Below are positions 28,771 to 40,338 of a stretch of 64,000 nt of DNA, one piece after another; within the stretch, counting starts at the first letter, position 1; every line of letters begins with the position of its first letter. Position numbers and translations under genes: made by a program. A model generated the notes under the pieces. The model searched no databases and was not told the origin of the DNA. It saw nothing but the letters and a program-made list of their open reading frames with translations. The stretch is from Bispira polyomma (lineage: Eukaryota), in contig OZ287753.1 in NCBI GenBank assembly GCA_965649765.1, positions 77,128,001-77,192,000 on the forward strand, given 5' to 3'.

Positions 28771-31432
28771 AATTAGTAGCAGTTACTGACCATTCGATGG
28801 TATCAGTGAGGTATTAGGGGGTATTAATTTTTTAACTGGTGGGGATTACTGTGAGTTAGTGGGTGTTAGTGCAGGTATGTGTCAGTTTCATGGCACAGGT
28901 TTGTGGACGAAAGCTTACAACTAGGATTTGCTAGATGCAACGAATACTGCCGAATATTTGTCTATAAGAGACCGGGCTATAAGTAAAAAGGGTGATCGAT
29001 TTCAAATAAATTCACATCGAGTAGTATTATGACCCAACTGGTATGATGAATGCCTATGTTTGACATTGTTAAAAAATGAAATATCATATGGTATGTCATC
29101 AATTTAAACTGAAATTAATTTTTTTGGTCAATTTATATTGTACTATGTACCAATATTTCCAACTTTAAAATTGTTGGTGAAGGCTGAAACAGTTTATACT
29201 TGTGGGCCTCATGGCTGACTGTATTTAAATATCCCAATTGTGAGAAATGGCAATGGTCGGAGGGGGTTCGGTGGTGGGGGACAATATACAAATTAAATGA
29301 CAAGTAGAAAGAGAAAGGGGAGGGGGCGCAGCAATGGACATAAATATATTTAATTCATTAGTAACATTTCTTATGTTTCTAGCTGAAATGCATTAAAAAA
29401 TATCAAGCACTAGTGGACAATATAGATATTGAACTATATATTGAAGTCCAGAGTAGGTATCCTCACACTGTGCAGTTGACGATAACGTCTGGGCAAGGCT
29501 AATGCTGTCTGTGCAACACTATCAGCAGTGTTTACCTTCAGATAAACTATAAACCACCATAAACAGAATCAGTTGAAGCTGTATGTTATTAAGTAATTCT
29601 ACACAGCATTTTCAGTCAAATTGGGGGGGGAGGGGCATTTCCTTTATAGAACATCGGCCCATAAAAACAATACACATACCTCCAGGTTTTTTCTTTTAAC
29701 TGTGGCAAGGCTCCTCCTTTCCTTCTTCACCACTTTGAAAGAAAATAAAGTTGGATAGGCTCCTTGAACAAGACCAATCTTTGTGAAGCCTGCCTTCCTT
29801 GCTTCTTCTCTGTTCTTCTCGAAGCACCACTCCTCAAAATGATCTTCACAGACCCGGTGGTTGTGAGTGGCCTTGTAGTTCTTTCTCCGCAAACTTTTTT
29901 CCCACTTTGTTTTCAGAACTTTCTCAGTGGGAAACCGAAACAGGGCCTTACCCTGGCTGTTCTGACAGTTTAAAGCTGCACACCGAGGCATAATGATTCC
30001 AGAAAAAACTAAAACAATTTCACAAAACCACGAGACAGTTCAAACGCATATACAATATGGCCGATTGTTTACATATGTTTGGCTCCACTGACGTCACAGC
30101 TGCATCGGATTACGGAGTTTATCGAAGATAAAATTATGGCGGCACTTATAGAAAACCACAAAAATAAGGAAGTAAATGTTGTAAATACCACATGTGGTGT
30201 GGGATTATAGATACAAATTCAACACATATGTACATTTTACATATGTGTGGATATATTAAAGCTAAATCTGGGATCATGGATTTTGACCTTTAATAAACTT
30301 TATGGGGTTTATGTGGCATTACAGTTTTAATTACTGTAATATATAAAGATAAGATTGTCAAATACCGTATTGAGCTGCTTTTTCAAGTCCATACAGCTTT
30401 TGCCACACTAGCGACAACCTTCTTTTCAATGAATGTTTAGGTGTAATCGGTGGAGTAAAGTCTAGATCTGAGTCTTCACTTCTTAAAATGTAAAATATGT
30501 TTAAATCGAACATATCAAGAGTTAGGTCATTATATATATTATATAACATCGTGCATAAAAAGGTTTACTATTTAAATAGGAATAACATGTAACCTTGTAA
30601 GTACCTTGACAAAGACCCACTGGCTCCATTGTTGCCTTTTTGCCAACTCCATTATAAACCAACCCCTGAAAATTTGTCTACATCTACCACCTCATCGGTT
30701 ATTTCACTGTTAAGTATAACAACTTGTTTGCTAATGTAAGAGGGGAAACAGTATCTGTAATAACTATGACTATGCAGTTATATAATGTATATCGCATATA
30801 GTATATGTCTATAAAATACTATGTACTTGTGCAGTTAGGTTAATAATATAGTAACATGTAAAGCTAACACATTAACTTAACGTACATTTTTTTAAATCTC
30901 TTAATCATGGTCTCATCTCTGGACCCGAAAGTGCTGGTAGAATCTAATGTGCTGGAAACAAATATTATTTACTGTGTATATTAAAACAACCCCAACAGTA
31001 TAATGAGTATACATAAACCTTTAACACATAATAGTATTAAACATATGTTACATAAAGTGTATTTTGCTAGATAATTACAAATCCACATGTATATTAACCA
31101 ATAGGTAAGGTTAAAGTTAAATAAAACCTACAGTAACTGTGTCCATTTTTCCTTAAAATTTTCAAAATTCTCCACCAGCAATTATTTAATGATGTAACAT
31201 TATGAAACACGTACACTTTACATAATGTTTCTAACCTGTACATTGTCACTTTTAGAAAACTATTTAAGAAATACTCACAATGAACTCATATTGTCTGTGT
31301 AACTGTTTTTTCTTCTTTTTTTTTGAGTTGAAAGTTAAAACAGTTTTTTTTTTTTGTTTTGTTTTACCCAACTTTTTCTCAACCAGTGATAGCTATATAT
31401 AAACCAGATAGCTATATATTAACTAGAGAAAG

Positions 31433-31783
31433 CTATATATAAACCGACTTTTCATCAACCAGAGATAGCAATATATGAACCACATCAATAATAGTGTACA
31501 TATACATATCACCTAAGTTCAGAAGAAACGGGTGGTTAAATTTATTAACAAACTCTAAGGAGTCTATCCACGACTCAGAGAGGTAAATCCTCTCGATATC
31601 TCCCGGTGTGGTTACAATCGGATTGGGCATACAAAAAATATTCATGCAGGATATTATAGCAGGCCCACAGTAGCATTTTCCCACAAATTCACAGTCGTTC
31701 AAGTCGACTGCGACTAAAACGGGCAGCAACAGAACTAAACACACAAACACTAATTCAACCATTTTCATAATTTCTTGAAACAA
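31433..31783 (-). pseudogene. Secreted/membrane protein exon with LRRNT-like Cys cap (paralogue of 51408)
   Basis: Signal peptide MVELVFVCLVLLLPVLVA; C..KCYC....ISC; IYLSESWID matches AHFSESYVD of 51408. Confidence 0.6.
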
Positions 31784-32796
31784 AAACTAATACTGTATTA
31801 ACAACTAACAAGAGACTTCCTTCAAACAAAAAACAGCAATTCCTTCAAGCACAAGTGTATGTGTTGTGTAAATTTTTGACACTAACTCCAAGTAGCAGAC
31901 AACACCTAGATATCTGGATCTACCCTTGGTATATTCATCTATTTAGAGCTGCATGTTTTATTACAGGCCAAGGTAAATAGACATTACCCCTGCACACTAC
32001 AAAGCTGAGTATAGTAACAATGCACATCAATATAAAAGCATCTGCAAGACATTCATGATTGATGCAACGATAAGTGCATTGTATTATAAACATATATGTC
32101 AAATAAAACGTTAAAGACATTTCTATAGTTCTTTCCTAATGTCTCTTTTATAGCCAGTATAAACGGACACTCCCTAATTATCTAGATGTTACTGACTCGC
32201 TATTCTTTTTATAAAAAAATATATTCCTTAAGTTACAATTACACCTAGGTAATACCCAGTTTTAATATTAGTTTCATAAATTAATGCTGATCTCAATAAA
32301 GTGAGATTCAATATCTCTTCTTTGTAAAACTTTTCTGTTATCTAGTAAAAGGATCTTTTAACCAAACCCTGAACTTTGTACATCTATTTTGTTATCCGAC
32401 CTTATAAAAAAACCCAACTTGTTATTCATGTGCTGTGGTGATTATTACGTTGACGTTTTGACACCAAGAGGATTTTTTATGTTATGAAGTCACGCCTTGG
32501 ATTAAACTTCAACATCATGTCAGGAGAGTTAAGACGTCACGCTTCCGAATAAACGTCAACATCGTTTAGTCAGAAAGAGTAACCATAAAATCCACGAATA
32601 CGTCGATGTCGTGAAGTCAGCTGACATCATTCAAATAACTATGAAATTCACAAACCCATCGACATGGTGACATTGGTACCTCTAAAATACCTATAATCCA
32701 CAAACACGTTGTGACGTCAGCGTTACGTCTTTGACGTCACAGCGTGGCCTTTTATTTAACAATGCGGACTTTGATGGTTACTTTTAGTGTAAAACT

Positions 32797-32829
32797 GGCA
32801 GGATAACTCTAGCTTACATGTTTACTACT
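32797..32829 (-). mobile_element. Terminus of a second, older Polinton-like element that extends to the left
   Basis: Reverse complement AGTAGTAAACATGTAAGCTAGAGTTATCCTGCC resembles the left end of the complete element, AGTAGTAATATGCTAGAGCAATCTGGCC. Preceded by an ACGTCA-rich subterminal region. Confidence 0.55.
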
Positions 32830-32960
32830 GTTGCTTATTAAAATTTCAGTAGGATACTATTACAGATTGTTGCCTATTAATACTGTTTTAAGATAGTAAT
32901 ACAGATTGTTGCTCATTAAAATTTTAGTAAGATACTAATACAGCTTATTGCCTACTAATA
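32830..32960. repeat. Degenerate 39-bp tandem repeat, about 3.3 units
   Basis: Units GTTGC(C/T)TATTAA...AGATA(C/G)TAATACAGATT begin immediately after the ACTACT terminus. Confidence 0.7.
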
Positions 32961-32988
32961 TTTCACATTAAAGCAGAAATTACAAAAA

Positions 32989-33175
32989 GCCACGGTATAT
33001 AAACCTAAAAGGGTTAGGACAACTGCTCAGTCGGGCTCGGGTCTGAGAAAGGGGAAGAAGGTTACGAAGAAGTAAAACACAAAGACGGTGAAGAAGTCGA
33101 CAAAATCTAAGAAGTTAAAACCTGGAAACAAAAGAAGACAAAAACTAAGACAAAGAAGAAGAAGAGAAAGTCTAA
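32989..33175 (+). pseudogene. Relic of a second Polinton basic core-protein gene
   Basis: ATVYKPKRVRTTAQSGSGLRKGKKVTKK*... versus ADLYKPKRVRLSGQSGSGSKRKR in ORF 42224, followed by a K/R-rich tail. Confidence 0.75.
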
Positions 33176-33529
33176 TTCGAATAAAAAGTAAAAAGGACGG
33201 AAATGCAGGAGACTTTAACTGTTAGTTGCTGTGGTATTAGCTGGTCTGTTGGAGGGCTTGCTGGTTGCAGTGCTCTTAGCAGGGGTGGGAGGAGGGCTTG
33301 CTCGGTCAAGTGGTCTTATCCCAGGTGGGGCAGGGATTACTGTTAGAGGAGCTCTTAGAATTTTGGGGTACGGGTTCTTGGTTATAGTAGTACTCCTGGT
33401 AGACTGATGTTACTTTGGCCTGATGCAGTTGTGGAAATGACTGAATTTTGAAGAAAAAAAACAACAACATAAGAATGACTTCAAGAGTACAGAATCTTGT
33501 GTATACATCAAGTACAAACAAATTTGAAT

Positions 33530-34188
33530 TTGGATATTTAACGTCCACTCTAGTACCTTTTAGTAGGTTATATTGGGACGGGTAGTTGGAAACGCTGGAG
33601 GAAACACCGGATACAGTCGGTCAAGGATCTGCAGAGAAACCAGCGGCCCACAGTAAGAAATTTGAATTTGGATATTTAACGTTCACTCTAGTACCTTTTA
33701 GTAGGTTATATTGGGACGGGTAGTTGGAAACGCTGGAGGAAACACCGGATACAGTCGGTCAAGGATCTGCAGAGAAACCAGCGGCCCACAGTAAGAAATT
33801 TGAATTTGGATATTTAACGTCCACTCTAGTACCTTTTAGTAGGTTATATTGGGACGGGTAGTTGGAAACGCTGGAGGAAACACCGGATACAGTCGGTCAA
33901 GGATCTGCAGAGAAACCAGCGGCCCACAGTAAGAAATTTGAATTTGGATATTTAACGTCCACTCTAGTACCTTTTAGTAGGTTATATTGGGACGGGTAGT
34001 TGGAAACGCTGGAGGAAACACTGCATACAGTCGGTCAAGGTTCTGGAGAGAAACCAGTAGCCCACAGTAAGGAACTACCACCTTTCCCACATAGGCATCG
34101 ACGGGATTCGAACTCACGCCGCCCAGAGGTGAGAGACCAATGATTGTGAAGCTCAATGCTTGCTAACCACTAGGCCACCATGGCCCCC
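33530..34188 (-). mobile_element. tRNA-derived SINE with its 3' 138 bp present four times in tandem
   Basis: A box TGGCCTAGTGG and B box GTTCGAATCC on the minus strand near 34105-34180; units start at 33523, 33661, 33799, 33937; 16-bp TSD ACAAACAAATTTGAAT at 33514-33529 and 34189-34204. Confidence 0.88.
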
Positions 34189-34307
34189 ACAAACAAATTT
34201 GAATAAGCTCTACAATGCACAAAGATTCATTTAATGTTAATGTATTTGTTGTATTTGTTAAACTCATTAAAATATATGAACTAATGAAAACAAATAAAAA
34301 GCCTTAC

Positions 34308-34623
34308 CTGGACACATCTGTGCTTTAATCTCATAACTTGCAGCCTTATTATAGATAATGCTGTAATTGATGTGTACATTGTACAATGACAACAACTGCA
34401 GATTGGGGAACTTGTCTAAGAAATCCAAAGCAGTAATATACAAATTTGTCCAGATGAAATTTACAACCTTATCAGATTATGGTTTTGCCAGAACGGGTTC
34501 TCCAAAGATATTTTGACACAAGATGTATCTTTGAAAACAACTGCACTTGTCAGGGCAGTTGTAGTCATTTTCAAACCCACTGACATCACTGCACATGATA
34601 ATTACCACTAGAATTTTCCACAT
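34308..34623 (-). pseudogene. LRRNT-like secreted/membrane protein exon 1 (not in the ORF track; one stop at 34477-34479)
   Basis: MWKILVVIIMCSDVSGFENDYNCPDKCSCFQRYILCQNIFGEPVLAKP*SDKVVNFIWTNLYITALDFLDKFPNLQLLSLYNV...MCP, then a GTAAG donor. Confidence 0.72.
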
Positions 34624-36720
34624 CTTTAAAATTATTCTGAGGTTTTTGCTATATCTTACGTCAAAAAATGTCTAATAAAATTTAAAAATATTAAAAACTT
34701 TTCCTGTGAGATTTGGCATTCACGCCCCGGAAAGTATAGTCTCTCTCCCCGCTGTCCGTAGACAGCATATTTCCGAATCAGAAACTGCTGGTAAATATCA
34801 TCGATACTTACAAAATACTTGCAGGGTAAATCCAACTGGTACCACACTCTGAGTTCTCGGTTGGCATTATTGAGTGCCAGCTTCATCTCCCGACGGCAGC
34901 TCCAGACTATGTGGCACTGGTCTTTATACAGTCTTACATATTAGTCACTATCAGAAAAAAGCTACTGTGTCGGTCACACAATCTAACTCCATTTGGAGAC
35001 CACATGACTGGGGTTTCATGCTGCTGGCCCAGGTCTTCCTGGTGCTGCTGAATTGGGTCTTCCTGGTGTCCCGGGTCTTCCTCCTGCTCAACTCTTGTCA
35101 AAGCTCTGGCATTTGCGATGGCTGTATCCAACTCAATTTCTGACAGTTTTCAGTCCTCCAATGAAGGCAAGAGTTCTCCCTCCAACATACTGAGGTAGTT
35201 CAATTCTCAGTCAGACTCAGTCCTACAAAATAATAATACTAAAATAAATAGTTTGTATTAGCCGGGCAGCAAGTTCTTTCTTATTGGTGTGAAATGTGCA
35301 TACACATGCAGAGATACATATATATATATTCGATAGTATATGACGAGGGTTTTATTTGTGAAATTTGGATGTGCCATTTGGAATTCCATAATATAAAGTG
35401 TATATATATATATATATAAGTTTTAAGCAAGTTTCTATGGAAATATATACATACATATTACAAAATTTTTTATTTTAGTGGCATTAAATATACTAGAGTT
35501 AAAAATAGAAACAAGTGGTAAGGCATTTGCATCCTGACGTTGAGGTTGTGGGTTTGAATCTCTACCCAGACTTTAAGTGGTAAAGTTGACAGATATTGTC
35601 GGTTTATAATGCAAAATCGTACGGGTGTCAGTCTAAATTTTATTTAACATATGTAAGAGTACTTACAGGTAGAGCTTTTTATAGACGTCCTCAGTGGAGT
35701 AAGCGATTGGTGTATTCAGACGCTTGTTGCTACAAATAAAAAAAAAAAAAAAATAAATAATATTTGGTTTCTAAGGTTAAATATTTTCTTCCACAAATAG
35801 AATATTAGCTTAATATTATTAAATGATAATCATAAATACAATAGTGATAATATAACATTATTGCATTATCATCCGAAAATATATATATTAGTTTTGTTAG
35901 ATTCAATTTACTTACATTTTAGCCTTTACCCAGGCATGTATTAATTCTTCCATGGAAGTATAAATGTCTATATTAATCATATAATGTTGAATGTACAATT
36001 CCTTTTACAATTACAAAGTTTTCATTTTTTACACATCAGTTATGTTCAGTATTTCAAATAAAATTTGCTATTGTTGGCCATTTTTTGCTGTTATATTTTC
36101 ACTTTCTTTTTTTATCCTTGTATTCAAAAGCACAAAACTAAGGTTTCTAAGAACTTCCACAATGGATGTTGTACAAAAACAAGTCCAACTTTGGTCAAGA
36201 TCTGTCTCTACTTCATAGACAATCCTGGATATAGGAACATTAAGATTTTATGCAGCTGGGGCCCCCTGAACGGCTAGCAGAAGGCTAGCAGGACCCAGGT
36301 TTGTTTTCATTATTTTTCCACACACAGCATATATCAAAGTTAGAGCCGTTAAGTATCTCCAGGTTAGGGTTTGCTTTCTGGATTAATTCTTCTAAGACTA
36401 GCTTTTTTTAAAGTGTTAAAAATTAGTTCCTTGCGATATTTTCAACAAAATTTGTATTTTATTTATTCAATAAAAGACAGATAATGAAAGGATGAATGAT
36501 ATAAGTCTAGTGATATACTTTGTAATAAATGGCAGGTTATAATGGTGCTTAGTGGAATTTTAAAGAATGCAACCGTGAGTGTCTGGGGATATTTCAATCA
36601 GGAAGTCTTTCATTCGGAGTGCTTGTGGGTGGGGGGGGGGGGGGGTAGTGGGGGTAGGGGGGTACTTAATATTACCAGTTCTTTTGTGTGCTTGGGTTTT
36701 TTCTCAAAAGAGCATCTGAC

Positions 36721-36804
36721 AGCCCGGTAAATATGCAGAGACATGCATGCATGCACAGACCCAGCCCGGTAAATATGCAGACTCATGCATGCATGCACAG
36801 ACCC
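36721..36804. repeat. 42-bp direct repeat x2 containing (ATGC)n, next to a G run
   Basis: AGCCCGGTAAATATGCAGA(GA/CT)CATGCATGCATGCACAGACCC twice. Confidence 0.8.
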
Positions 36805-37746
36805 AAATGTTTATTGTGCTCTGAGATTAATTTGACCGTCAATGACCTAAATGCAGGTGATATTGAGAAAAAGAGATCTTGATTAGTAATTATCTAGATA
36901 CATCTGCCTATGCTTATATATTAAAGCCATTGATATGGTATAGAACCATTACTTAATATTTCAGTCATCGTTTTGTATTTTGTTTGTGTGTATATGTCTG
37001 TATGTCTAGTCATTTTGTTCTGCTTTTTGTTTTTATATTCTAGCCATCGTTTTGTCTTTCATTTGTATGTCTAGTGATTTTGTTCTGTTTTATATATTAT
37101 TTATTATATTGTAAAAATGTTTTTAGGTGTAGCATAACACCACAGTGTTTATACACCTTAATTTTAATTTACTTTGCTGGAGCATTTCGAATTGCTGTTG
37201 TTACTGCCGTTGTACATCAACGGGATCTGCTTGTTGCAATGATTGTGGTTGTTGTACAAACTGTTGTTGCATATTTTGTTGGACGTACATGGGAGCCGAG
37301 ATAGTGGATACCATGTCTTCTAGCATTTTTAAACCCTTTTTGGCTTTACCACCTCTCCTTTTTTTCTTTTTGGGTTTTTTCATCACATTGGGTTGTTCAA
37401 ACACTACCTCATCATCAGAGACACCGCTAAAGAATTTGTGTTTAGCCGATCTCAACTGTGTTAGCGAGACAATGCTAGCCAGTTCTTCTAGTTGGTTGCT
37501 TTTGGTTCTAAATAAATATATTGTATAAACCTAAAGCATAAATCCAGTTCTCAAGTTGGATAACTTAAATTATAAAATATTACCTCTATTCTCAGTTGAT
37601 TCTAATGACGAGTTAGATAGAGCTAGCGATGAGGTCAGAACTGATTCGGACTTAACAGATGTCAAAAAAACTTTGAGTGAACCGAAAGATTTGTGTAGTG
37701 ATAACATCCATAAAATGAAGACCAGGTCGAAGTGTGCAGGTGCGAG

Positions 37747-37960
37747 AGTAGTAATATGCTAGAGCAATCTGGCCCCCCAACAAATGCTGCCAGAAACGAT
37801 ATAACCCCACAGAAAATGCCGAAAATGCAGAGTCATCATAATCCCACAGCCCCCAACAAATGCTGCCAGAAAAAAGATATAACCCCACAGAAAATGTCGA
37901 AACTGCAGAGTCATCATAATCTCACAGAATGAACTGGCTGACACCACATGACGTCAACAT
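37747..37960 (+). repeat. Left terminal region with ~79-bp duplication
   Basis: CCCCAACAAATGCTGCCAGAAA..GATATAACCCCACAGAAAATG twice; inverted similarity to 57585-57806. Confidence 0.8.
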
Positions 37961-38200
37961 ACCCTAATCGGTGAGTGTTGTATTCAAAATCGGGGTTACT
38001 AAAAATGAAACAAGAAGACGAAAAAGATCGCTTCAATCTGATTGGTTAAGAGATGTGTGCTATTATAGGTTTGTGACAACGTGTAAAAGAAGGACAAGGA
38101 TACATGTTTTGATTGGTTGAGAGTACAACCAATCATTAGCTTTTGAAAAGACCACATGAAAGGGGAGTCATAAGCAGTAAGATCGTCAAATTAGATAACA

Positions 38201-38658
38201 ATGGATAAGGAAGACAGTCCTGATATTGCTCGTTCAACTGGTTGTGTAAGCGGTTTTTCTTTTTGCAAACCAACCAACTCCATACAGCTTCATCTTGGAG
38301 ACCAATCCGAGGCAACACCACCTAAACCGGTACAGATTCAACTGGGAGGTTTTCCATCAGAGGTAACTACTAGAAGGCACAACAGCAGAGCTGGATTTGC
38401 ATTTACCACTTCAACGGATTATACTGATTATGATAATAGGCTCGGAACTTTCAGTGACTGGCCCAGAGTCACCCGATTCGTAAGGATTTCTTAGCCAACG
38501 CAGGTTTTTACTACACAGGCAGAGGAGACAACTGCTGTTGTCCTTGGTGCAATCTGAATCTGCATCACTGGGAACTTTTTGACAACCCAGTTCAGGAACA
38601 CAGAAAACACGCGGGGAAAAACTGTAAGTTTTTAAACTACCTCTTTTCAAAGAACTAA
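38201..38658 (+). pseudogene. Single-BIR inhibitor-of-apoptosis-like protein, one frameshift near 38470
   Basis: RLGTFSDWP in ORF 38201, then in the -1 frame LANAGFYYTGRGDNCCCPWCNLNLHHWELFDNPVQEHRKHAGKNCKFL: canonical BIR with CxxC..H..C. Confidence 0.92.
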
Positions 38659-38678
38659 CACAAGTCTACCCTAGACGG

Positions 38679-39167
38679 ATGTCTTACTTAATTGATGAAG
38701 AAGGACATAAACATGTGAAAATTGAAACTCTAGGACATGAGGTTGTAATTATTTTAGCACACGACCAAGGTGAAATTACCTTACCCGCGGTTTTGTACAG
38801 ACGTCTAAAAAAATACAGAGACAAACTCTCTCGATATCTGGTAGAAGTGGTTGAGGGAAATGACCAAGTTGAGTACAGAAAGCATCTACAGGATAACGTG
38901 TATGCATACGTAACTTCACCATATCAGTGTGTCCAGATTCGACGGTTTGACGAGATTTCAGGAGCTCTCTTCCCCACAAAAGATGGTATATCTCTCAAGT
39001 GTAAACAGTGGTTTAGATTTTTGGATATTTTACCTGGTATTGACAAAGATTACCCGCTTACCAGTGTTGCCTTCATGTGCCAAGACTTTCATGCAAACCA
39101 AGAAGACTATTTTGCCTGTCCCAGATGTGTTCCTCCCGACCTTTTTGACTCTGATGAGGATATGTAA
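38679..39167 (+). CDS. PC4-like (p15/ssDNA-binding fold) protein with C-terminal Cys/His cluster
   Basis: VQIRRF...FPTKDGISLKCKQWFRFL matches the PC4 signature VDIREY...PxKKGISL...QW..L; C-terminal C..H..CPRC. Confidence 0.75.
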   Translation: MSYLIDEEGHKHVKIETLGHEVVIILAHDQGEITLPAVLYRRLKKYRDKLSRYLVEVVEGNDQVEYRKHLQDNVYAYVTSPYQCVQIRRFDEISGALFPTKDGISLKCKQWFRFLDILPGIDKDYPLTSVAFMCQDFHANQEDYFACPRCVPPDLFDSDEDM

Positions 39168-39337
39168 AATTACTGAAACGCTACAAACACTTTATTTACT
39201 GTTGTATGCTTGTGTTAGTGATTCTTGATTTATGCTTACCGTTAAAAAGGAAATGAAGTACTACTATCTTGTACTTCTATTTATATTATGCATTAAACCT
39301 CTCCTTCTCATTTGTGTGTTTTTATTATAAAGACAAC

Positions 39338-39970
39338 ATGGACATTGTAAGATTTCAATCTCCCTCTACATGGATCATTTCAGGTATGACAGGAAGTGGT
39401 AAAACAATGTGGTTGTATAAACTTTTAAAACATAAGAATATCATGTTTGAAACTCCACCGGTTAAAATAGTGTACGCTTGTTCTGTTTGGCAAAATGTGT
39501 TTGAGAACATGGAAAAAGATCTCAATGTAGAATTTATACAGGGTATGCCAACTACAGACACAGTCAAAAAACTGTTTGATGGTAATCACCACCTGATATG
39601 TTTAGACGACCTCCAACAGGAAGTTGCTAATAGTAAAGATGCAGAACGATTGTTTACTCAATTAAGTCATCATAATAATCTGAGTGTAATATACATTAAT
39701 CAAAATTTATATTATCAAGGTAAATGTGCTCGCACTCTGAATCTGAATACTGCTTACACTGTGTTACTCAAAAACCCTAGAAATATCCAACAAGTGTCAT
39801 TGTTAGGTAGACAATTCGGAATGGGAACTCGTTTAAAAGAGGTGTACCTGGATGCCACAAACAAACCTTACGGATATCTGATTGTGGACTTATCACCTAA
39901 GAGCGATGAAGAGTACCGACTAAGGACAAATACTTTTCCGGACGAATTACCCATTATAGTATATCAGTGA
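39338..39970 (+). CDS. A32/FtsK-like DNA packaging ATPase
   Basis: Walker A GMTGSGKT, Walker B LICLDD, HH..SVIYINQN, PYGYLIVD. ATG at 39338 preferred over the ORF-track start 39269. Confidence 0.93.
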   Translation: MDIVRFQSPSTWIISGMTGSGKTMWLYKLLKHKNIMFETPPVKIVYACSVWQNVFENMEKDLNVEFIQGMPTTDTVKKLFDGNHHLICLDDLQQEVANSKDAERLFTQLSHHNNLSVIYINQNLYYQGKCARTLNLNTAYTVLLKNPRNIQQVSLLGRQFGMGTRLKEVYLDATNKPYGYLIVDLSPKSDEEYRLRTNTFPDELPIIVYQ

Positions 39971-39993
39971 CATTGCTTTTACAAAAGCTGTAG

Positions 39994-40338
39994 ATGCAAC
40001 TAGACCTTAGAACTGTTAAGATGCCATGTCATCTTAAAAGGTGTAAACACTATCTAATATTGTTGTTAACAACCACTAATAAACAGGCTAAGGCGCTTTT
40101 ACACACAATAACAAAGGATCAAGTAAACCTAATCAGTGAAATAGCTCACAACTTATTAAAACAACCTTTGAGTGGACGGGATAAGAGAATAGTTAGCTGT
40201 AGCAAACGACTTTTACGACAATTGGCTCTTAAACAAGTCAATTCATCAAAAAAACAAACCCTCATTACCAAGCGCAAGCTGACTTTGTTACGTACACTAC
40301 TACATTTTAAACATCCTCTGCTTAACCTGGTGAAATGA
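39994..40338 (+). CDS. Small basic Polinton protein downstream of the ATPase, function unknown
   Basis: Intact ORF in the compact gene run; KQ.KALL...Q...I.EIA.N.L pattern typical of this position; ATGA overlap with the next gene. Confidence 0.7.
   Translation: MQLDLRTVKMPCHLKRCKHYLILLLTTTNKQAKALLHTITKDQVNLISEIAHNLLKQPLSGRDKRIVSCSKRLLRQLALKQVNSSKKQTLITKRKLTLLRTLLHFKHPLLNLVK

Larger units (their letters stand above)
19945..29991 (-). pseudogene. Kolobok THAP-DDE transposase, about 10 exons, decayed
   Basis: THAP MPRCAALNC...FRFP...W...RVCEDHF...AYPTLF (29680-29991); catalytic exons GGDGRCCSPDHTAKYGSY (~24200), ITTDRH and YDCWHVAK (~23600-23700), TSSLEAYH (~21970), LAVLHQNEN (~21010). Confidence 0.88.
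15756..30289. mobile_element. Kolobok DNA transposon (~14.5 kb)
   Basis: TTAA TSD at 15752-15755 and 30290-30293; short TIR AGGTCAAAA; THAP-DDE transposase on the minus strand facing a KolX gene on the plus strand. Confidence 0.9.

Noticed and set aside
29644-29991. Stand-alone host THAP transcription factor or P-element
   Set aside because: It has a splice donor leading to Kolobok-type DDE exons and lies within TTAA-flanked ends.
33523-34070. 138-bp repeats as a CRISPR-like array
   Set aside because: No unique spacers; the units are SINE tails inside a TSD; eukaryotic context.
34095-34188. tRNA gene
   Set aside because: A and B boxes are present, but it is a SINE head with no proper cloverleaf. 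The same applies to the relic near 35510-35570.
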